Shown here piece after piece: positions 11,560 through 21,385 of a DNA stretch of 64,000 nt. Location of the stretch: positions 1,364,001-1,428,000 of the forward strand of contig JAYWIR010000018.1 of the NCBI GenBank assembly GCA_036172245.1, in the 5' to 3' direction. The notes beneath the pieces were generated by a model. It made no database searches and was not told the DNA's origin. It was given only the letters and a program-made list of their open reading frames with translations. How positions within the stretch are numbered: the stretch's first letter is position 1; the number at the start of each line of letters is the position of its first letter. The stretch is from Raillietiella orientalis (taxonomy: Eukaryota). Made by a program: the position numbers and the translations under genes.

Positions 11560-12650
11560 ATGTGGCGTAAATAAACAATTATAATAGTAATTTTAATCAG
11601 AACTTTATGTAGTCAAGCGGCACCTGGATGGGGAAAAAGCATTCCGTCCACAGGGATGGCCACTGCGACCCGCGTGCTGTCAACACACGACGTCTACATC
11701 TGATGAGCTCCACACCCAAAGGGTTGATGGTCAGAGTGGTTGGGAATGCGGCATGGAGGCTGCGTGAGAACAAATGGAATCGGGGATGTGTGGGAGAAAG
11801 TGGGAATGGGTATAAGTATAGAATCACTCGAAACCATCACTTTATGTAGTAGTAGTAACATATTCATAAGACTGATCCAGTGAATAATTCATATTTTAAT
11901 TCTAAAAGTCCAGAGAGAATCAGGGACGGCGATGAAGTACACATGTGAAGTGAGTGTGGGACGGGCGAAAAGGGTAAAGGTAGGAACATAGCTCGTTCGA
12001 CATCGGAAATTAAAATCTTGCCACTTAGGAAGAATTAGATAGGAAAGGGGAACGAGCGTTGCACTTTGCACCAAATCCTCATTCAAAGAAAGGGTGGTAG
12101 TGTTGCGTAGTTGAATGGTAGAGGAGGTGGTTTATTTTTTGCTGTTCGTGTTTTTCTGGGTGTAAGTTCTATCGACTTTGGTAGCTTTGATGATCTCGAG
12201 ATTTGAGTGAACTTCTGCATCTCAACAGTAAGGGATGCAACGAAAAGAATGCGAGGATGGACGGTGGCACCATTGGTATGAAACCAACAGTGGATGAAAG
12301 ATAATCTTCAAGTGACTCCTAAAGGGTCATCTCCAGAAGTCCAGATCTTCCGTATCAGTTTTGAGCCAGTTCATTAGGCGGTTTCTAGACCTAAAAGTTC
12401 ACTAAAGACTTTTGACTCGGTCACAATGCAGTCCGCAGACATCAAATACACAAACACTACAGCTCTTCAGAGAACGCGACCCTTCTTTCTTGACCGGTGA
12501 AAAAAGAGTTCGTTGGAAGATGTCTTTCAAAACCAGTAAAACATGCACCATACTGATGGAACGAGATCAAGTAGAAAGATCGCTTAAGAGAGTCTTCCGA
12601 GAAAGTGTCAGGCACAAATTAAATGAATGTACAAAAGGATGACTTTTGTC
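11560..12650 (-). mobile_element. Degenerate L1/Tx1-like LINE ORF2 C-terminal relic
   Basis: Minus-strand peptides IFQRTLFSPVKKEG, NWLKTD..DFWR and LILPKWQDFNFRCRTSYVPT in the order expected for post-RT then zf-RVT (PK..F.wR....PT). Many stops. Confidence 0.4.
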
Positions 12651-12721
12651 AAAGCACGCTTGTTGTGACACGAATTTGAAAACTCATACAAATCAGAGTG
12701 CAACTGTCTTTTGTATTGCAG

Positions 12722-12927
12722 ACACCTCAGATGATCCTCTTGACATTCGACGAAGCTGTCAACCATCTGAATTTCGAAAAATACGCGAAAATTCTGAGAC
12801 CTGAAAGGAAAAATAAGAATGGATGTCCTATAAGAGGCACCTTTTTTGTTTCTCATCAATACACAGATTATGAAATGATCGGAAGACTGTACGCTCAAGA
12901 ACATGAGATTGCCACACATACGATCAG
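12722..12927 (+). CDS. Cda4: Chitin deacetylase (Cda4-like), catalytic motif 1 exon
   Basis: Acceptor ttgcAG (12720-12721), donor GTACGT (12928). Encodes TPQMILLTFDEAVN...NKNGCPIRGTFFVSHQYTDY...HEIATHTI (CE4/NodB polysaccharide deacetylase). Confidence 0.92.
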
Positions 12928-14009
12928 GTACGTTGATTTCTTCTATCATTGTATTCCAAAATAGAGCCCTCTTGCTCTCATTATCAAAATAAAAAACGTC
13001 GGCACATATTGAAACTTGTGAGGATTGCAATTCAGTGTTGGCAGTTGCTAAATGCTTTGAGAATCAAAAAGAATTAGAAAAGGGGGGGGGGGAGGGAAAG
13101 AGGAAGAAGAAGCACACTGTGATCCGGAATCAATATGGAAATTGTCGGAACTACTGGCTCCTACCCAACAGCAACTGCTCAACAGCAAAAGCAAATATTA
13201 CATACTAACAATCTTCATATCGCAACTCTGAAACCACGAGATGTCTTTATAAAGATGAAGTTTGATACATGATCAAGTTTTTCTTGATGAGTGTTCAGAG
13301 AAAAAAAAAAAAGAAGGCCCTTCTGGATATGGCAATGGTTCTCTTTTTTGAACAAAAAATGCTCTTTTTCTGTGATCGGTCGTCTCGAACCACACATACC
13401 GGCAACGCCTATTTGGATGAAAGTGTGTGCTTGATGGAAGTCATTGTGTGGAGGCCGAGTTCAGTTTTTTCCAGTTTTAGTTTTTTTGTCTTCCACGAAA
13501 TTTTAGTTCGGGTTACGATTCTTGTTTTGACTGTTTCGTTCTGGAATCATCTCTGTCCTTCAAATGCTGTTGTCACACCGAACGCATGTTTACAAGGCTA
13601 TCGTATGCTTGAAAGCTCTCCATATGACTGTCAAGAAATTGTTTTCCGCCTGCAGCAGGTACCCCGTAAACTCTCCGTATATTTAGTAACGGACGGCAAA
13701 AATTATGAAAAAACCAAGGCCAAGATTTTAAGGACAATACTGTAGTGTTTTTTTAGTTTTTGTGAGTACAAGAAACTGACGCTGAATAACCTCGACATTA
13801 CAGAATGGCTTCTCAGACTTCACTGTTCTGCGTACGGTTACTTCGCCTCAGAATAGAACTCATCAATCCTTGCGATCGTTCTGTTTCTTTACTAACAGAA
13901 AGATCAGCCTTTTGAATCAAAAGAAAGAACATACATCAGTTATTCAAAGTTGTTGAATAGTCAGCAAGAGAGTGAATACTATGAATATGTGATTCCTATG
14001 AATCCAGGA

Positions 14010-14410
14010 AGGACTCGGAGTCCGTTCCTCTCACGCCTGGGGAGGGATCACCAGAGATCGGGATCACCTCCACCCTGGTTGTCTCCGAAGGGGAATCCCG
14101 AAGGGAAATCTCCTTCCTTATTCTCTCCGAAGAGACCCTCGGAGGGGTCCGCTCCAGTTTTTCTTCTCTGAAGGGAACCCGGAGGGGATCTGATCCTGTT
14201 TTTACTCCTTTGAAGGGAACCCAGAAGGTGACGCTTCCGAAATTCAGAAGGACGCAGCTTCCTCGAAGGGATCGGCTCGCGTCTCTGCACTCCCTGGAGA
14301 GGTGGTGGCGACAAACCTACTCCATCAGTCCGACGCGGAGGGTCCCCCCCGGAATGAGGAGTCTGCTCCTTCACAACCGGAGGGGAACTACCACTCCGTG
14401 ATTCCTGGAA
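14010..14410 (-). mobile_element. Headless fragment of the same repeat family, copy D (GC-rich island in an AT-rich intron)
   Basis: Shares TTCACAACCGGAG..CTCCGTGATTCCTG with 1955-1994. Shares CGCTTCCGAAATT and CGGAGGGTCCCCCC with the reverse complement of copy C. Confidence 0.65.
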
Positions 14411-16605
14411 ATTACCTTTGCAACCGTTACACTTAGTTCGTCTTCGGTTGATACTTGCTGAGCTCATTGGATTTGATGTTCTCTTACCGTACAGTGTTTC
14501 TGTCTACAAATTTTCGAAGCTTTCACACATTTACCAGCTTTACTTGTTTCATCTGTGGTTATTCATCCATCATTTCTTCTGTGATTTCTTCTCCTCTCTG
14601 CCGACCAAAGCGCAAGAGATGAACAATTCTTGATTGTAATTCAAAGGTGACCTAATGGTTCGAGCAAGAGCACCAGATTACATTATCGGTGGCTTTAGTC
14701 ATGCCATGCAGCATGGAAAGAAGGAGAATGTCTGCTCATATGGCTGCCACCTTAGAACTGACTCGAAAGTGCATGCACAAAATCGATGAAACCTGAGGCC
14801 CAGGTGTCTGGAGAAATCTGCAGGTACCTTCGAGAGAAAAGGATATCAACTACGCAGCAGCCCTTGGAAACGTAATGTACCGGGTTCGTTCGCTCTCACA
14901 GGAAAACAGGATATCCCGAATGAGTTTGGTAACTTTCCAGTCGGACCCATAATGCTGGTGGCAATTTATACACATGTGCTAGCCAAGATGAAACAGTCCA
15001 TGAGAACGACCATCATTTTGCCTTTTGCTGTCTTGTCTTTGATCTAAGAAAGCACATCAGATAGAGACTCCAAGGTCAGCGTGCGACCACACTTACTAAA
15101 AACGAGTCTCGAAAGTGTAATAATCGTGTTGAGAAAGATACAAGTGACAGGTGTTTTTTGTAAGATAAGATCAGTGGTAAGTGAAAGTTGTAATTACCAA
15201 ACAATATTATTCGAAAAAATGAGCAAGTTTCATTTTTGTTGTTGTTCTTTGGTGTATAGTTTTCAAACTCGGAATCACGAGCATGGGGATGAGATGAGGG
15301 AATGGTATCAGAAAATGTAGTCTTTGTATCCTCCTTTAGAAAAAAAAAAAAAAAAAAAACGCTGCTTATACATGTTCCTATGTATACGTAGTGTGTGCTC
15401 ACATGTGGTATACACATACGCTACGTTTATGCAAATTAATCTGCAGAATTCATCCGCTTTGGTGAAAGTCGATTACGTCCAGCATTATTATAGTCGCAGT
15501 GAACGAAAATGAACCTCTTTATAGCATCTTTGCACCTAGGGTTCAAATAAAGTGAAATGTCACTTTTTGTTGCAAACACCGACCTGTCACCAGTGCGATT
15601 AATCAAAACATTTGTGTTCATTATTCGAGCTTTAACTGGCCGCTGAGTATCGGGATTTTGCTTCCCACAGATATTCACTCAGACAGCAACACATTTTTCC
15701 AAAGGCAATGTGTAGGAAAACTTGTTGCCTCTCTGAAAATAAATTGGGGAGCGGAAAAGAATAAAGATCCAAAATGGCTGTTATTCTAAATGGCGCCATT
15801 AGTATTCTGAGATTGAAGTTGGTGTTTGAGAAATAGTTCTTTATTGCAGAATGCTGCCGTGCTCATAAGTGGGACAAATGCTTTCTCGAATACAGAAAGT
15901 CAGTGATTATGAATTAGCAGTCATCAGATCTAATTCCTGAATGCAGTGGGAAGGTTTTTTTCCGATTTCTATAATGATTCCCTTTTCTATCAAGGCTCTA
16001 GAGTTCAGAATTCAAGTGAATTCTAATTTCGGTTCAAGTAGAGGTTCTGCCGTGGTATGTGCTGATCTGGAGTTTAATAGTCAAATAATGGAAGATAATA
16101 ATAACCCATGTCATACTGGGTTATTACATCCACTATGCATCTTGGTCACTGGATTCCCGGAAACACATTTAAGACTAAGACTGGAGTGCCAGTAAACCCA
16201 ATGAATAAATAACTTTTCCGAACTTTCGTGCCTTTAAGATAGGCGCCCTCATAGCCTTCTCGCACTCCTTTGATCCCCTAAAGACTAAGCGAGAAATATG
16301 GCCTTCTTTACTACTTTTGTAGTAATAATTGAAACACTGCTGTAGAATCTACTGTACTCAGTAGATACCGCAAAAGTATCTACTAAGAATTTTTTTTTTT
16401 TGACAAATTCGCGAATGCGATTAATGTTTCAACCGTGGTCTATATCGTAAGTTTAATTATTTGGAAATACATTTCTTAATCTGTTTGCATGTAAATACTG
16501 AACTCCTCCATTGTTATACCTTGAAAAACTATGTATTTGGAAAACGCTCCGCTAAATTTTTGGGTGTGCATTTGATTTCTATTTTTTTCCATCACTTTGA
16601 ATCAG

Positions 16606-17622
16606 TCACCGCAAAGGTCTCGAAGATGCTGATTACTCAGAATGGGCCCGGGAAATTGTTGGCATGAGGCGTATACTGGAGCATTTTGCTTATGTAAACT
16701 CATCAGACATCTTCGGAATAAGGGCACCTCATTTAATCCCCGGAAAAGATTCCCAATATGAAGTAAGAATTAAAGTAAATCAACTCTGTGCTATGAAATT
16801 TCCCTATAGGTAATGTATGACTTTGACTTTGTCTACGATTCCAGTGTCATCGTTCCTCCAGGTCGCATTCCCTTATGGCCTTATACACTTGATTTTCATA
16901 TTCCCCATGAATGTAAAAGTCGCACATGCCCTAAGAAATCTTTCCCAGGTAACATCACAAAAGCTACCAGACAGCATCAATTACTTCGTCAGGAATATGG
17001 GAGTTACCACTCAACTCACACTATGTAGAAGATTTTGATGGAGGTCACTGTCCATATTTGGATCAATGTGTTCTGTATACACACAGTGAAGATGAAGTTG
17101 TTGCATGGCTGAAAGAAGATTTTCAGCGCCATTATGAACAGAACCGTGCTCCTTACATTATGCCATTCCATACCAACTGGTTCCTCTTCGAAAATCTGGA
17201 GAAGGGATTGGACAAATTTATAGATTGGGCCTTGCAACAGTAACTATAATATATACAAGGAATGCAAAACACAATGAAGGATACAGGAAAGATGTATGGT
17301 TTGTAACAGCTACACAGGCTCTTCTGTGGATCACTGATCCACAGCCCACAATTAAACTGAATAATTTCGACTTATGGGAATGCAAAGAGTCTAAAAGGGA
17401 GTCAGCCTGTGACAGCAGTTCTGCCAACCATTGTGCTCTCACACATAATGGGACTACTATACCAGAAGTAAGGTAAGGTAAACATTTTATTTTCATCTTT
17501 TTAAATTAAATCATAGATATATGGTGACATGTGCATCATGCCCAAATGTGTATCCTTGGGTTGGAGATGCTATGGGCAAGGGTGGATCCCATCAAGATGT
17601 ATACAGCAGCCCTTATAATTGA
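16606..17622 (+). CDS. Cda4: Chitin deacetylase (Cda4-like), last five exons (16606-16762, 16810-16948, 16993-17239, 17287-17472, 17517-17622)
   Basis: All junctions GT-AG and phase-consistent. Encodes SHRKGLEDADYSEWAREIVGMR..RAPH..YDSS..WPYTLD..HECKSRTCP..GIWELPLNSHYVE..GGHCPYLDQC..MPFHTNWF..RYMVTCASCPNVYPW, then TGA 17620-17622 and AATAAA at 17629-17634. ChtBD2 plus CDA without an LDLa module fits group III (Cda4). Visible CDS is about 458 codons. Confidence 0.92.
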
Positions 17623-17685
17623 GAAGCAAATAAATAATCTTATATAATGAACTCTATAGGCAAGAAGAATTCAGGGTAGCTATAG

Positions 17686-18200
17686 TTAACGTCTAGGATA
17701 CCAAGGAAGCAGCAGCTCACTGTACTTCTTCCTCTCTAAAATCACAGTAAATTGGGTATCTCTATAGTTATACACAAACCAGGAACAGGAAAATCTTCTG
17801 GATGTATACTAACATAATGATGTAATATTGCATCTCGAAGACTATGTTTAGCATCTATATATTTCTGAAGATAATATCCTACAACAGCACTGGATACAGC
17901 CATACCCAAATGATGGTGGATACCTGATTATTTTATAGTTTGCATCACTTTATCCGTGCCTTTCCTACCGCTAAACGGAGGTTTCTTTGCTACGATCTTT
18001 GATATTGTTGTTCCTGCTATACCAGCAATCACAAGACATGCTGGTAACATGAGATGATGAGTAACGCTGGTTTGCTCTGAATGGTCTTTTATAAGAATAT
18101 CAGCTATATTTTCTGGAGGGTAGAAGGGTCCAGTTGGTGGTGGTACTGGAGTAAATCCTGTCTCAGAATAAATTCCTGGTCCATATTTAGTATTCTGCAT
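17686..18200 (-). CDS. NDUFC2: NADH dehydrogenase (ubiquinone) 1 subunit C2 / B14.5b, 3 exons (18200-17969, 17923-17780, 17735-17686), 141 aa
   Basis: Spliced product ...KKPPFSGIHHHLGMAVSSAVVGYYLQKYIDAKHSLRDAILHHYVSIHPEDFPVPERKKYSELLLPWYPRR* matches the NDUFC2 pattern (P.FSG..H, RDA.L.HY..HPEDFP.PERK...W.P.R). Two hydrophobic segments; 45- and 44-nt GT-AG introns. Confidence 0.88.
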
Positions 18201-20374
18201 ATTTATTCTCTTTGCAAACAGTATGGAGAAACTTTATATCAACAAGGAACAATTTATCCTCCACAACAGCATACTATGCATGTTAATCTAAATCTAAAAT
18301 CTGAATGGAATAGGAAGAATTGATTTAATCAATTGTCAGTATGACGTATTTATTCAATATTCACAATCGATGACAAATGTCACCTGAAACCAATGCAAAA
18401 GCCTAAAAACAACAGGCCATTTTAAACAATGGATGAATTCAAAAAATCACATTTTCTTTAATAAGGCTAATATTCCACTTAATATTTTAAAAGGGTACAC
18501 ACCTTAATTTGTAATTCGAAACTTTTCTTGAGGTCTGCATTCAGCTGATTTTGAGAAATGATAATTTATAACACACTAACAATTACAGTTGGGTATGGAG
18601 ATAAGTAAAACGAAATGGAAACGAATTACCAGTGACATTACAACTGCGTGTACACGGTATGGTGCTACAAAACGTTATATTCTAAACGCAACGCCACTTC
18701 CTCGACAAAAAAACAAATATGAATCCAAAGATAACAGCACGCTTTCCAAACCACAAAAATACAACTTTCAACCGAAGCAACAAATAATGCAAAAGAGTAA
18801 AAAAAAAAAAAAAATGCTACCGTGATCGCATAACCTTTTCTTCACAGACTAGTTGTTGAACTCCACCACAAATATCGTTTAAACCACTGCTCCAACTTAC
18901 CGAGGACTTCTGGTTCACACTCAAACGAGTCACACTACATGTATATCAAAACGAATCAAACTATTCAGCATTTGAGGTGTGAAATCAACAGCCATCCACG
19001 AAGAAATTTAGCAGGAACACAGCCCAACAGCTCCCACGACTCTTGAAAGGGATCACGAAAGATCCAGACACTTGGTCTGAGGGAATTCGCTGACTTCTAA
19101 CGCGACGATTCGAGACAGGTGGGAATACTGGATATCTCTCTTCCTACTGCTTTATTATCAAAATCGATTCTTTTTTGCTAGATCTATGAACGAAAAGAAA
19201 TCTATCGCTATTTTATCCAGGTCCTAATAAATGAACGCCCTCGTTAATTCAGAAAATTTTCTGCTTTAATGTTCCCTAGAAATATGGATTATAGAGGATG
19301 GTGGGGATAGTAAGTACCAGGAAGGTTGCTCTACATTAGGTACCAAGCCTACATCAGTCTACTACTTCTGTTTACAGCTTCAGCAAATTCCATTGAAGAA
19401 ACTCGGAAGTATTTGACAGAAATGCTTGAGACACCGCTTCTTCAGCCCTTACTTTATGAAATAATACCCGGATTCTTCAACACCAAAGTTTTAAAAAATG
19501 CTATAGAGAACCCAGTTGCATCACCCTTCAATCATCACTGGAATTATAAATAAAGTTATTTTTTCGTAAATAACTTTAGACGTCAAAGAAAAGAATAAGT
19601 TAGTCGGTACCAATGGAAAAAGAAATCGATTCTCAGATGTTCAGAGTTCATTTTTTTGTTCGTTTATTTTTTTCTTGTAATCAACTGTAGTTATGAAGCG
19701 TGTACATGCGGGATGTGACAACCTATTTCTCTGTGATTAGCAGGTAAATTCCTTCGTTTTCATGATGGCAGAATGTATGCTTATAATGAATATATGCATT
19801 ATGGGAGCAAAGAACAAGATATAGGTGAGAACAAAGACGAGGGCATTCACTAACACAACAATCACCTTCTGGTATAACATTCAAGAAACGTTTAGAATTT
19901 GAAATTCAGCTAAGACTTCACTAAGTGCACCGATGCTAGCATCAATGTGTATATGACAAACTCGAGTAGAGTAATTTATTTCTAAATGAGTAATGAAAAG
20001 GTATCGATACATTTTGCGTTTGCTTCAACTAATGGAATTCAATGTCTCTGGAATAATTATTACAAATCCAATATTGCCGGCGTAACTCTTTAATGTATTT
20101 CTCGTGTTGATGAACAACATGAGCTTCGGTAAATAAATGTTTTGCTATGTGAAACTCGGTTCCGATATATGCCAAGTTGATAGAGTTTGACAGTGAAACT
20201 AGGTAGCTCGTTTGATTAGCAAGCATATCAATCACTGTTGAAGCAAGGACGTTTGCAAAGTCTTGAAGGAGAAAAAAGTGCCCTCAAGTTAACATGAAGT
20301 CCAGAAAGTACAGTCATCTGTTGATGCAATTGCAAATGTAATGCAATCATCGGAAAACACCGATTAATGTGTTT

Positions 20375-20952
20375 TCACCAACTAAAAAAGTTTACAACTT
20401 TAACCTTCGCTGATCTTTTACGGTGGAAAGAAAGACCTATCGGATCTACGTCGAAAAAAGAAAAAAAAAGTATGAAGATCTCATGAATCGTGCGCAGAAA
20501 CATCTTGACATCCAGGAACATAAAGTCCAAAAATGTTCTAGAGAATGAAATAAGGAATTCAGTATTCCAAATACCTAAGAAATGGCCTTTGGTCGTCTTC
20601 CAGCACCTCATCAGATATTGTAAATTCCTCCATCAGCTGAACTTTCCAACAAACAGGAGGATTGGATAACAGCACCCTGTGCAACTTATTTAATCAGAAC
20701 GATTATATACTGTAGCATCAATATGAATGTCAGCTTACGTTGATACTTCTTGTGAAATCCACCTCTTACCTTACTTACTGGAATTTAACTTTCGTATACT
20801 TTGGTGCAAAAGTATGGAGCGTCTACGTAGGGTGCTTTTTCACATGTACTATTCTTAATTAATTTCGGAGCTTTCATGGGACAAATTGCCGAATCCGAAA
20901 ACTGGCTTACAAGGTTGTTACCGTTTGTTCCTTTCATGCATTTACAATACAT
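20375..20952 (-). CDS. Candidate orphan multi-exon gene (20952-20911, 20822-20779, 20676-20575, 20537 onward); product unknown
   Basis: Four phase-compatible exons with donors GTAAGC, GTAAGT, GTATTT, downstream of a CpG-rich patch containing ACTTCCGGT (21062-21070). No recognisable homology; 3' end uncertain. Confidence 0.3.
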
Positions 20953-21385
20953 CAATCGTTTGTTCCTCACGTATTACACGCTGTCGAAAGCAGCAACTGT
21001 CGGCACTAACTGAAATGTTTTGATTCCGACAGCGACGTTTTTTACAAATACGGTGGGAGCGACTTCCGGTTCGCGCCCATTGAATGAAATGAGCGCCAAA
21101 TGCAAGCGGCTAGAATGTTTTCTTTCTACCAGGGAATTTAGTTTTACCGGGGTTACACAGATTCACAAAGGAAAACTTGCAACTGGTGGAAAGCGACTAA
21201 CAATCAGAACTATCAAATGCCAAAACGCAAATGGCTTGTTAAGAAAGGTTATAAGCAACACCAAAACGTTTACCAACGTCTTTGATCACTAGAACGCTTA
21301 GGTTCCTCAATGGGCTATCAAAACAAAGTCTCATTTATTATTCCCTGCCAACAGTTATAATAAAGTGTAGAGCGACTAGATATAA

